Origin: Candidatus Eiseniibacteriota bacterium | GTDB lineage: Bacteria > Arandabacterota > Arandabacteria > Arandabacterales > Arandabacteraceae | Direction of reading: 5' to 3' | Length of the DNA stretch: 49,744 nucleotides | NCBI GenBank assembly: GCA_043810925.1 | Contig: JBDRNT010000014.1 | Span: forward strand, 1-49,744 | Shown: in pieces, positions 1 through 8,460 of the stretch | How the letters are laid out: each line of letters begins with the position of its first letter | Numbering within the stretch: position 1 is the first letter of the stretch | Program-made: the position numbers and the translations under genes | The notes under the pieces: generated by a model | The model's database searches: none | The model's input: the letters and a program-made list of their open reading frames with translations, nothing else | What the model was told of the DNA's origin: nothing

Positions 1-2
1 GG

Positions 3-884
3 GCTTCCCAGTATGTTTACCTGCTCTTGCGATCGGCGCAGGCACCGGCCTACCTACATCCTCAGGCCCACTTTTTCGAGATGATGCCGTTAACAGGCAC
101 TGATAATCCCGTTTACAACTGGGTACGGTTTGTCACCGGAGCGACCTGGCGCGCAAAGGCTGGTCTGTCCGTCGACAGGATGTTGGTGAAGTCGGGCCAG
201 CTGATGAGGGTGATCACAACCGATCTTTCCTTGCTGGTCTTGATACTTGCGGGGGTGGGTATTGGAGTCCATCTACTCTGGCATCGGCACAGGCGGATGG
301 GACTGTTTTTATCAGGTATTCTGGTCCTGCAGATTTTGTATTTCCTCACATACTGGCCGTCATTTGCAGCCATGGTAATACCCCTGTGGACCTGCATTTT
401 CATTTTTGCAGGCGTGGGCGCGGGTCTGGGCGTGCATTTGGGGTTCGCACACTTGCCTCCAAGACCCGCCCTGCGGTGGGGATCGTACCTTGTAGCTCTG
501 GTCCTCACCGGAGTTGTGCTCTTTCCGTCTCTTGCAGCCTACCGGGCACCTGACCAAGACCGTGATGGCCCGGCCGTACTGATATCAGAGATGATCAAGA
601 CCTTACCCGAAGGTACGATGGTTGACGGAATCACCTGGAAGTACTGGACCATGCTTGAGTATGTACGCATCGTCGAAGGGCGAGATCTGCCTTTTGAGAC
701 CGGGATATGTGATTCCGTGACAATCAACCAGGGAAACGGATACGTTCTTGGGACGCTTAAGGCTAAGACCCACTATCTGAGAGGTGGCTTCAAGCTGGAG
801 CCCGTCCTCTCCGTAGCAGGTGCCCACGTCCTTTACCATCTCCGAAGAGGACCCAGACTGCATGATAGTAGCCGACCGCGGTGA
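3..884 (+). CDS. Multi-pass membrane protein, DUF2723/TMEM260-like GT-C glycosyltransferase C-terminal part (5' truncated)
   Basis: Frame is open from the window edge (ASQYVYLLLRSAQAP...). It has several hydrophobic helices followed by a soluble C-terminal domain. The 'YxYLxLR' segment resembles DUF2723 proteins. Confidence 0.5.
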   Translation, partial: ASQYVYLLLRSAQAPAYLHPQAHFFEMMPLTGTDNPVYNWVRFVTGATWRAKAGLSVDRMLVKSGQLMRVITTDLSLLVLILAGVGIGVHLLWHRHRRMGLFLSGILVLQILYFLTYWPSFAAMVIPLWTCIFIFAGVGAGLGVHLGFAHLPPRPALRWGSYLVALVLTGVVLFPSLAAYRAPDQDRDGPAVLISEMIKTLPEGTMVDGITWKYWTMLEYVRIVEGRDLPFETGICDSVTINQGNGYVLGTLKAKTHYLRGGFKLEPVLSVAGAHVLYHLRRGPRLHDSSRPR

Positions 885-895
885 CCCTTTGGGCA

Positions 896-919
896 TAATT
901 CGGTAACAGTTTGCAAATC
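896..919 (+). repeat. Degenerate copy of the 24-bp RAYT-end motif
   Basis: TAATTCGGTAACAGTTTGCAAATC matches 2789..2812 at 20/24 positions and lies 11 nt after the TGA at 884. Confidence 0.75.
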
Positions 920-943
920 AGGGGCCGGATCACTCCGGCCCCT
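920..943. terminator. Hairpin between convergent genes, probable terminator
   Basis: AGGGGCCGGA-TCAC-TCCGGCCCCT forms a perfect 10-bp stem with T-rich flanks. Confidence 0.7.
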
Positions 944-979
944 CTTGTATAGCCTGTAATGTCTGACTGCCGTCGTCGG

Positions 980-2038
980 TCAGTCGGTGAACTCTTCCTT
1001 GACTTCGCCCAGGGTCTTCGATTCTGCCCCAGGTGCTCCAAGCACCGTACCGGCACCATCACCCGGACAGCAGCCATCACCAACGTCACCAACCTGGACG
1101 CGATAATAATCCCCGCAATCTTCGATCTCGATATTGGTCACATCCAGGCCCATGGCCTCTAGCTGCGCGCGAGCCTCGGCTTCAGCCTCTTCAAGCGTCT
1201 TCCCGGCGGCAACGATCCTAATCTCAATTGCACGCTTGGTCATGTACTCACCATCGGGAGGCTCCATGCCGTCGATACTGATCCTGACCGGCATGGCGGT
1301 GCAGTCCGCCCCTTCTTCAGCGCACTGCTCGATCCCGATTTCGATCCGCTTCTCGCCCTCGCTTGTCTGAACGTCTACCAGACAAGCTTCGAAGCCTGCG
1401 GCTTCGATCTGGGTGCGGATCTCATCCTCGATCTCTTCATCGGTCAGACCTTCGCTGTTTACCCTGATCTCGACGATCCCGTTGGCCGCCATGGCATAGA
1501 CGTTTCCGGTGACGCGTTCGGTCACAGGCTCGACCTCGGCAGTTGCGGCAACGCCCCTTTCGGTCAAAGCCCGGGCAAAACCTGAGGCCAACCCCTCAAG
1601 TGTGCCCGCCGATCGAACGGGCACTTCGGCGGAGATCCTTGCTCCCCGAGGTCCCGCGGCCAATTTCACGTTCTCCGTGTCCAGGGCTTTCCCGAACTCG
1701 CCTGCAACGGTTTCGATGTCGACACCGGTTGCATCCGATATCTCGAGCGTTGCCCGGTAACCGGTTGTCCTGGTGTAGGAGATCGGTATCGCAAGAAGCA
1801 CGACCGCAACAACAGCGACACCCATGACTGCTGCCATCGCCGGATGACTCTTTAGTGAATGAAGAACTTTCATCAGTGATCCCTCCTCGGACCTGTGCAG
1901 ATTGCGTTTCCATAGTCTCTGCGTGGTCTGGTCTATTGTCGGTAAATCCCGTTTGCTTCGCTCGCCAAACGCCTTGAGATCCGAACTGATTCTATCGGGA
2001 TCCATGCGTCTGCGATGCTTGTCGCTGGGGAAGTTCAT
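980..2038 (-). CDS. Membrane-anchored putative anti-sigma factor / hypothetical protein
   Basis: Overlaps the ECF sigma stop codon (ATGA). It has a short cytoplasmic N-terminus, one TM (AVMGVAVVAVVLLAIPI) and an acidic extracytoplasmic domain with an internal repeat (EIRVNSEGLTDEEIEDEIRTQIEAAG / EIRIVAAGKTLEEAEAEARAQLEAMG). Confidence 0.55.
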   Translation of the reverse strand: MNFPSDKHRRRMDPDRISSDLKAFGERSKRDLPTIDQTTQRLWKRNLHRSEEGSLMKVLHSLKSHPAMAAVMGVAVVAVVLLAIPISYTRTTGYRATLEISDATGVDIETVAGEFGKALDTENVKLAAGPRGARISAEVPVRSAGTLEGLASGFARALTERGVAATAEVEPVTERVTGNVYAMAANGIVEIRVNSEGLTDEEIEDEIRTQIEAAGFEACLVDVQTSEGEKRIEIGIEQCAEEGADCTAMPVRISIDGMEPPDGEYMTKRAIEIRIVAAGKTLEEAEAEARAQLEAMGLDVTNIEIEDCGDYYRVQVGDVGDGCCPGDGAGTVLGAPGAESKTLGEVKEEFTD

Positions 2039-2697
2039 GGCATCTCACCCTCCGGTAGGGGCGCGCTCCGGTTTCCACACCCTCTGGTCTTGAGGGCCCC
2101 ACTTGCCGGGACCGCCTTGAAGAGCGATGTGGCGCCTGATTCAGGGGTTTCCCGCCCCGGGAGTTCCCCTCGATTAGAAAAACCAAGTCTCTCGTAGTGC
2201 CGGCGGAGACGCTTTCGCGCCCGGGACAGTCTTGATTTCACCGCCGACAGGGAGATCTTCTGAATGGCTGAGATCTCTTCGACGGAGAATCCGTCCATCT
2301 CGAACAAGACCACGGCCTCACGCTGTTCGGGGGGAAGACCCGCAAGTGCCCGGGACACTCGCTCAGCCCCCCGTCGCTCGTCATCCCAGGACGCACCATC
2401 CTCGCCGGCCGCATCTATGGATTTTCCGTCCTTCCCCTCCAGGGAGAGAAAGCGACGCCAGAAACCACGCCGGGAACGATTGCGGTGCACCGAGAGAAGA
2501 ATCGAGTAAAACCAGGGCCGGAAGCGTGACTCGTCACGAAGGGCTGGAAGCTTATCGTACGCGCGTATCACGGCTTCCTGGAAGAGGTCGTCACCGTCTT
2601 CCGCCGAACGGCTAAGACGCCGTGCGGTCGCTGCAGCCCGATCGTGAAAAGGCCTCAATAGACCGATCAGTCGCTGCCAGGATTCCGTGGGTTCCAC
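2035..2697 (-). CDS. ECF RNA polymerase sigma-70 factor
   Basis: Region 2 (DDLFQEAVIRAY...FRPWFYSI) and region 4 (LPPEQREAVVLFEMDGFSVEEIS...AVKSRLSRAR). Confidence 0.92.
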   Translation of the reverse strand: MEPTESWQRLIGLLRPFHDRAAATARRLSRSAEDGDDLFQEAVIRAYDKLPALRDESRFRPWFYSILLSVHRNRSRRGFWRRFLSLEGKDGKSIDAAGEDGASWDDERRGAERVSRALAGLPPEQREAVVLFEMDGFSVEEISAIQKISLSAVKSRLSRARKRLRRHYERLGFSNRGELPGRETPESGATSLFKAVPASGALKTRGCGNRSAPLPEGEMP

Positions 2698-2747
2698 GAT
2701 TAGTCTCCATCCTCCGTCATAGCCAACATCCTCCTACCCTCAATTTA

Positions 2748-2776
2748 TAGACACCCGGAGCGTCCCCGCAAGTCGC
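2748..2776 (-). promoter_or_regulatory. Possible ECF-type autoregulatory promoter
   Basis: Minus strand GCGACTT-N17-GTCTA upstream of the ECF gene resembles ECF -35/-10 elements. This is inference. Confidence 0.3.
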
Positions 2777-2852
2777 AACAAACTGCGCTAATTCGGTACC
2801 AGCTTACAAATTCTTACTAATTCCGGTTCCAGCCCGGCAGTTAACTGGCGTA

Positions 2853-3521
2853 TCAGGGCTTGCGCCTCCGTGGGCCCTGCGGACCACGCTTCTGGGGCCG
2901 TAGGATCCTACCCGTCAACTGCTCACAATGTTCCACGAACGATATGTCACCCAGAGGCAGTCCTGTTCCCTCGTGCTTTTCATAAACACGGGTATTGCTC
3001 GACCCCTGCTCTAAGAATCCCCTCCAATCCGGCACAAGTTTGAGAAGGGGTCCAACTGCAACCAGTTTATCGTCGCAGGCCGACAGATGCGCCCTCGCAC
3101 TACTCCAGCGCCAACCTTCCGGTCTGGTTGTGAGACGCGCTACGACCGGGTTCATCTCTATGTAACGAGCAGCAGTCAGAAGGTGCTCCTCGTCCATGGG
3201 GTAAGATGCGAACCGCTGTCGCCAAAGGTGCCCGATCCAGTTTTTTTTCATGTTGACCCGCACGGCATGATAGCGGTGTGCTTCGCCGACTGCGCGGCCC
3301 AGTTCATCAGGCTTGTGGGGTACAGCTATCAGATGCACGTGGTTCGGCATCAGGCAGTATGCCCAGACCTCGATACTATGCCGGTCACACCGCTCCCGCA
3401 TGACCTGGATATACGCATCATAATCACTAGCTGAAAAGAAGATCTGCTGGCGGCGGTTGCCGCGCTGAATGATATGGTGGGGAATTCCCCCTATCACCAC
3501 ACGTCCCGTTTTCCCCATCAC
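2853..3521 (-). CDS. REP-associated tyrosine transposase (RAYT)-like Y1/HUH transposase
   Basis: PHHIIQRGNRRQQIF, HUH motif YCLMPNHVHL, GHLW..RF and catalytic-Tyr motif RYIEMNPV...WRWSS. Confidence 0.9.
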   Translation of the reverse strand: MMGKTGRVVIGGIPHHIIQRGNRRQQIFFSASDYDAYIQVMRERCDRHSIEVWAYCLMPNHVHLIAVPHKPDELGRAVGEAHRYHAVRVNMKKNWIGHLWRQRFASYPMDEEHLLTAARYIEMNPVVARLTTRPEGWRWSSARAHLSACDDKLVAVGPLLKLVPDWRGFLEQGSSNTRVYEKHEGTGLPLGDISFVEHCEQLTGRILRPQKRGPQGPRRRKP

Positions 3522-3525
3522 GAAC

Positions 3526-3555
3526 AGATTACCAGGAATCCAGGGGAGAAGTCAA
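3526..3555 (-). promoter_or_regulatory. sigma70-like promoter of the transposase (predicted leaderless mRNA)
   Basis: TTGACT-N18-(TGn)TAATCT. The ATG at 3518 lies 7 nt downstream and there is no Shine-Dalgarno. Confidence 0.55.
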
Positions 3556-3647
3556 TAGCGAGGACCGAACATTTCAGCCAGGTCTAATTAGCAATTGCTA
3601 AACTGGCACCAAATTAGCCCTGTAATTTGTAAGCTGGTACCGAATTA

Positions 3648-5090
3648 CTAGGTGCCTTTGCGGACAACGGTGCCCTGGGGGCGGTCTTCGAGGTAGTAAC
3701 CCTGGGCCGCAAGGCGGGTTCTTATGTCATCGGCCGCTGCCCAGTCCTTGGCCTCGCGGGCCTTATTGCGCTCACCGACCAGGTCCCTGACCTCTATAGG
3801 AAGGTCGTCGGCCCGGATTATCTCACCGCCCAGGCCACGGAGTATCCCTAAGACGTCGGCCAGTTCCTTGATCTTAACCAGCGCCGATGAAAGCACCAGT
3901 TTCTTTGACGGCGCCTCACCGGCCTTAAGATAGAGATTCACCTCTTTGGCGATGTCGAAGATACTCCCGATTGCGCCGGCGGAGTTGAAATCATCATCCA
4001 TCACCTGGCAGAACAGATCTGCCTTCTCCTTGACCTTGTTCCAGAATTCGAGATCGCTCCCACTTAAGTCCTCGAGTGAACCTTCGGGTTTGTCATCTCC
4101 GACATAGGACTCGACCGATCTGAAGGTATTGGCCATCCTCTGGACCGCCGACCGGTTCTCAGCAAGCCGCTCGCGGCTGAACTCCATCGGACTCCGGTAA
4201 TGCGATGAGAGAAGATAGAACCGGATCACGTCCGGATCAAATTCCTTGATGATGTCTTCGATGGCAAAGAAATGCCCCGTCGATTTCGACATCTTCTCGC
4301 CGACAAGGTTCAAGAGCCCGTTGTGGGCCCAGAAATTGACGAACTTCTGACCTGTTGCTCCCTCGGACTGCGCAATCTCATTTTCATGATGCGGAAAGAT
4401 CAGATCCTCCCCACCACCGTGAATATCTACAGTAGTACCGCAGTACTTGGTCGACATCACGGAGCACTCTATCGCCCATCCGGGTCGTCCCCGTCCCCAC
4501 GGACTCTCCCACGAGGGCTCGCCTTCCTTGGCTGCCTTCCAGAGTACGAAATCCACCGGACTTCGCTTATGCTCCCCGACCTCAACCCGCGCTCCCGCCT
4601 TAAGCTCGTCTATCTTCTTCTTGGATAGCCGGCCGTACGGTGCGAACTTGGCTATCTCGTAGTAGACATCACCACCCGCCTCGTATGCGAAACCCTTGGA
4701 GACGAGTGTCTCGACAAGATCGACGATGTCCTTGATGTGCTCGGTCGCCTTGGGATGGACGGTCGCACGCTTGATATTGAGGAGATCCGCATACTTGAAA
4801 TACTCAGCGGTGTACCGGTCCGCGATCACCGTATAGTCGACACCCTCAGCATTGGACCGCGCGATTATCTTGTCGTCGACATCCGTGAAGTTCTGAACAT
4901 AGGTAACCTCGTAACCCTTGTATTCGAGATACCGCCTTATCATATCGCCGCACACGAAGGCGAGCATATGGCCGACATGCGGTCTGTCCTGCACGGTCAT
5001 CCCGCACATGTACATCCCGACCTTGCCGTCCTTGACGGGAACCAGATCCTTCTTCCTGGCATCAAATGTATCGTAGATCCTGAGTGCCAC
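3648..5090 (-). CDS. cysS: Cysteine--tRNA ligase
   Basis: CG.TV...HVGH, NFTDVDDKII, GRPGW.IEC, DIHGGGEDLIFPHHENE, KMSKS and the DDFN anticodon domain. Confidence 0.97.
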   Translation of the reverse strand: MALRIYDTFDARKKDLVPVKDGKVGMYMCGMTVQDRPHVGHMLAFVCGDMIRRYLEYKGYEVTYVQNFTDVDDKIIARSNAEGVDYTVIADRYTAEYFKYADLLNIKRATVHPKATEHIKDIVDLVETLVSKGFAYEAGGDVYYEIAKFAPYGRLSKKKIDELKAGARVEVGEHKRSPVDFVLWKAAKEGEPSWESPWGRGRPGWAIECSVMSTKYCGTTVDIHGGGEDLIFPHHENEIAQSEGATGQKFVNFWAHNGLLNLVGEKMSKSTGHFFAIEDIIKEFDPDVIRFYLLSSHYRSPMEFSRERLAENRSAVQRMANTFRSVESYVGDDKPEGSLEDLSGSDLEFWNKVKEKADLFCQVMDDDFNSAGAIGSIFDIAKEVNLYLKAGEAPSKKLVLSSALVKIKELADVLGILRGLGGEIIRADDLPIEVRDLVGERNKAREAKDWAAADDIRTRLAAQGYYLEDRPQGTVVRKGT

Positions 5091-5092
5091 GT

Positions 5093-5914
5093 CTAACCTG
5101 TTCCCTCCTTCTTGATGCTGCCGATCTCGATGGCCCGCTCAAAGACTATCTCCTCACCGGCCCTTCCGTGTTTTCTTATGTAACTGCCGACAATTACACC
5201 ATCGCTTAACTTAAGCAATGCCCCGGCATTTGACAGCGTAATTCCGCTTCCGACCATCACCGGAATCCTGAGATCAGCCTCCTCAAGCCCCGCACCGACA
5301 GCCTTGAGATCCTCACCCGTGGGAGGGCTCCCGGTCCTCGGGCCGGTGACGATAAGACAGTCGGCCTTGCCACGTTCGGCGGCGTCGAGCGCGTCATCCA
5401 CGATCGTAGTGGCCGCAAGCGGATTTGCGTGTTTTACCATTACGTCTGCGAATATCAGGGTCTCCGGTGCAACCCGCCGACGCTCGCGCAAGACCCTTGC
5501 CGGCTCACCTTCAATTATGCCTTCAGGTGTTACAAAGGCTCCGACAAGTATGTTCACCCTGATGAATTCACATCCGCAGGCCGCCGCTATGGCCAACGCG
5601 GCCTCGTGGTCGTTCCTGAGGACATTGACCCCGACAGGGATCTCGACCACCCTGCGGACCTCACTTACGGCGACCGTCATGGCCGCGACAGTCTCCGGGC
5701 CGACCTTCGCTTTGAAGAACGGCAGGTCTCCATAGTTCTCGATTATGACACCGTCGAACCCGGCCTTCTGGAGAAGCGCGGCCTCGGCGACGGCACGTTC
5801 GACAACGGGTGTCAGGCTGCCGCCGAAATCGGGACTTCCGGGAAGGGCCGGAAGGTGAATCACACCTATACCGATCTTCCCCGCTCCGAACATATCCGTT
5901 AAGTGACTGGTCAT
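5093..5914 (-). CDS. BtpA/SgcQ family TIM-barrel protein
   Basis: IGVIHLPALPGSP, IENYGDLPF, GVNVLRND, FADVMVKHA, VTG..TG. Confidence 0.9.
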   Translation of the reverse strand: MTSHLTDMFGAGKIGIGVIHLPALPGSPDFGGSLTPVVERAVAEAALLQKAGFDGVIIENYGDLPFFKAKVGPETVAAMTVAVSEVRRVVEIPVGVNVLRNDHEAALAIAAACGCEFIRVNILVGAFVTPEGIIEGEPARVLRERRRVAPETLIFADVMVKHANPLAATTIVDDALDAAERGKADCLIVTGPRTGSPPTGEDLKAVGAGLEEADLRIPVMVGSGITLSNAGALLKLSDGVIVGSYIRKHGRAGEEIVFERAIEIGSIKKEGTG

Positions 5915-5920
5915 CGCTTT

Positions 5921-6985
5921 CTACAGGGATGCCACCGTCTTCTTATCCAGCGCCTTCACCAGCTCGGTCACCAGTCTGACGGCATTATCATAGTCGGAGC
6001 GGTGGATGATCCCCATGTGGCTGTGGATATACCGGGTCGGAACACCTATCACAAGCGAAGGGACACCGGCCCTGTTAAGATGGATCCTACCCGTATCGGT
6101 CCCGCCCTTGACAATCGAGGCCAGATGGAACGGGATCTTCCTTTTCGTGGCGACGTCCAGCGTGAGATCGAGCAGCTTGCGATTAGGAATCATGGTGCGG
6201 TCATAAACGAGTAGCGCAGGCCCCGCACCGAGCGCCTCGACCTCGTCGGTCCCGAAACCGGGAGTATCATGGGCGATCGAGACTTCAAGGGCAAAACCCA
6301 CATCCGGGTCGACAACGGCCGCACTCGTCTGCGCGCCTCTTAACCCCACTTCCTCCTGGACGGTGCCGACGGCATAAAGCGTGTTGGGGTGCTTGATCTT
6401 TGCAAGACGCTTCACAACATCTATCATGATCGCGCAACCTATCCTGTCGTCCCAGGCTTTGGCCAGGTAGGTCTTGGGGTTACCCATGATCGCAAACGGG
6501 CTCGAAGGCACTATGGCATCCCCGACCTTGACTCCGAGTTTCTTCTCTATATCGAACTTGCGTGTCGCACCTACGTCTATGTGCATGTCCTTTATGTCGA
6601 CCACTTTCTTCCGCTCGGCGTCCTCAAGCTCGTGCGGGGGCTTGGACCCCACCACACCGACAACATCACCCTTCCTGGTTTTGACAATCACCCGCTGACC
6701 AAGCACCACGTGACCCCACCAACCGCCGATGGGGAGAAATCTTATGTAGCCCTCGCTTGTTATCTGCTTCACGATGAAGCCGACTTCATCCATATGCGCG
6801 GCAAGCATTATCTTCGGGGCCGCCGACGTACCTTCCTTCTTACATATAATGCTACCAAGCCTGTCGTAGGATATCTTGGCGAAGGGTTTCATGTGTTTTT
6901 CAATCGCACGGGCGACATCATGCTCAAAACCGGAAATACCCATCACGTCGGTGAGGTCTTTCAAAAGCATCTGGGTTGAATCCAT
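5921..6985 (-). CDS. M42 family metallo-aminopeptidase
   Basis: AAHMDEVG, AKAWDDRIG, TVQEEVGLRGA, GGTD, PTRYIHS. Confidence 0.93.
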   Translation of the reverse strand: MDSTQMLLKDLTDVMGISGFEHDVARAIEKHMKPFAKISYDRLGSIICKKEGTSAAPKIMLAAHMDEVGFIVKQITSEGYIRFLPIGGWWGHVVLGQRVIVKTRKGDVVGVVGSKPPHELEDAERKKVVDIKDMHIDVGATRKFDIEKKLGVKVGDAIVPSSPFAIMGNPKTYLAKAWDDRIGCAIMIDVVKRLAKIKHPNTLYAVGTVQEEVGLRGAQTSAAVVDPDVGFALEVSIAHDTPGFGTDEVEALGAGPALLVYDRTMIPNRKLLDLTLDVATKRKIPFHLASIVKGGTDTGRIHLNRAGVPSLVIGVPTRYIHSHMGIIHRSDYDNAVRLVTELVKALDKKTVASL

Positions 6986-6989
6986 TGAT

Positions 6990-7955
6990 CTAACCTCCGG
7001 ATTTCTGATTCTTGACTCCGGCCGTCATAAGTGCAAGCGAGGTTATGCGATCAATAAGCTCGGGGAATGACATCCCCCGTGCCTTCGCAGCCATCGGGAC
7101 CAGGCTTGTCTCGGTCATCCCGGGAATCGTGTTGATCTCGAGGAAATAGGGGATATCATCCTCGTCAAGCCTCACGTCCACCCTTCCAAAACCGTCACAA
7201 CCAAGCACTTCATAGGCCTTCACAGCATCATCCTGTATCTTGCGGGACAGATCGTCCCCAATCGGAGCCGGGCATTCGTAGTGTGTCATTCCCTTGGTGT
7301 ACTTGCGCTCGTAGTCGTAAAAGCCCTGCTTGGGCCTGATCTCGACTACCGGGAATACCTCGTCCCCTACGATGGGCACGCTGAGCTCGCGCCCGCCTAT
7401 GTATTTTTCCAATATTACACATGTCGAGTAGCGTTGAGCAAGGCGAATCGCGGCTTCGAGCTCGCCCAGCGCTTTCACTATCGAGATTCCTATAGTAGAG
7501 CCCTGGTCGTTAGGTTTAACTACGATCGGCAGTCCGCCTATGCCTGAAATCGCTTGCATGGCGGCGTCCGGGTCTACGGAGTCGCCCTTGATACAGTACC
7601 ACTCAGGCGTCGGTATCCCGTGGCGCTCGAAGATGATTTTCGACACGGCCTTATCCATGCAGAGGGCGCTCGCACGGACTCCTGATCCCGTGTAAGGTAT
7701 TCCAAGAAGATCAAGCATCGCCTGTATTCTTCCGTCTTCGCCCTCTCCACCGTGAAGGGCTATGAATACCACATCGGCATCCCTGAGAACATGTGACGTT
7801 ACAAGATCGAAGACGTCCCGTCCGGCCCGCGGATCGAGATCATACATGGGTGCGCTGTGCCCGGCGGCCACCAGCGCCGTTGCGACCGCAGCACCCGTAC
7901 TGAGGGAGACGTCCCTCTCGGTCGACATTCCTCCCATCAGAACCAGAACAGTCAT
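6990..7955 (-). CDS. ddl: D-alanine--D-alanine ligase
   Basis: MGG.STERDVSL, ALHGGEGEDG, YTGS, MDK, FYDYERKY, LEINTIPGMT.TSL.P. Confidence 0.96.
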   Translation of the reverse strand: MTVLVLMGGMSTERDVSLSTGAAVATALVAAGHSAPMYDLDPRAGRDVFDLVTSHVLRDADVVFIALHGGEGEDGRIQAMLDLLGIPYTGSGVRASALCMDKAVSKIIFERHGIPTPEWYCIKGDSVDPDAAMQAISGIGGLPIVVKPNDQGSTIGISIVKALGELEAAIRLAQRYSTCVILEKYIGGRELSVPIVGDEVFPVVEIRPKQGFYDYERKYTKGMTHYECPAPIGDDLSRKIQDDAVKAYEVLGCDGFGRVDVRLDEDDIPYFLEINTIPGMTETSLVPMAAKARGMSFPELIDRITSLALMTAGVKNQKSGG

Positions 7956-7986
7956 GATGACCTCCCGCGCGGATTCGGCCGGACCA

Positions 7987-8457
7987 TCAGAGGTCTACCA
8001 GGGCCACCGCGTACGCTTCGATGGCTTCTTCCCTGCCCACGGGGCCCAGCCCCTCAGCGGTCTTGGCTTTGACCGATATCTTGTCGATCGGAATATTGAG
8101 CGCGTCCGCGATTGCCTCCCGCATCGCCTCGATGTGCGGAGCCAGTTTCGGCCGCTCCACGACAACGGTCGAGTCTATGTGCTCGACCCTGCCCATCCTG
8201 GCGATCTTGGCATGTATCCGTTCCAGAAGCTCACGCCCCGCGATTCCCTTCAACTCAGGATCATCATCAGGAAAGTTGTAACCGATGTCGCCCAAGGAAC
8301 ACGCCCCGAGTATTGCATCGATTATGGCGTGGGCCAGCACATCGCCGTCCGAGTGCCCAAGGAGCCCCTTGTCCGATGGGAGTTCCACGCATCCGATCAT
8401 CAATGCGCGACCCTCGGCAAGCCTGTGGATGTCATAACCGATCCCTGTTCTTAGCAC
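7987..8457 (-). CDS. ispF: 2-C-methyl-D-erythritol 2,4-cyclodiphosphate synthase
   Basis: GIGYDIH, GHSDGDV.AHA..DAILGA, VKAKTAEGLG. Confidence 0.96.
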   Translation of the reverse strand: MLRTGIGYDIHRLAEGRALMIGCVELPSDKGLLGHSDGDVLAHAIIDAILGACSLGDIGYNFPDDDPELKGIAGRELLERIHAKIARMGRVEHIDSTVVVERPKLAPHIEAMREAIADALNIPIDKISVKAKTAEGLGPVGREEAIEAYAVALVDL

Positions 8458-8460
8458 CGA

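Larger units (their letters stand above)
2789..3647. mobile_element. RAYT-like transposase element with 24-bp terminal inverted repeats
   Basis: TAATTCGGTACCAGCTTACAAATT (2789..2812) and its exact reverse complement (3624..3647) enclose the transposase. Degenerate inner copies lie at 2818..2842 and 3593..3616. Confidence 0.85.

Noticed and set aside
2853-3521. IS200/IS605 element with TnpB/IscB
   Set aside because: No adjacent RuvC nuclease ORF exists, and the protein length and motifs are RAYT-like.
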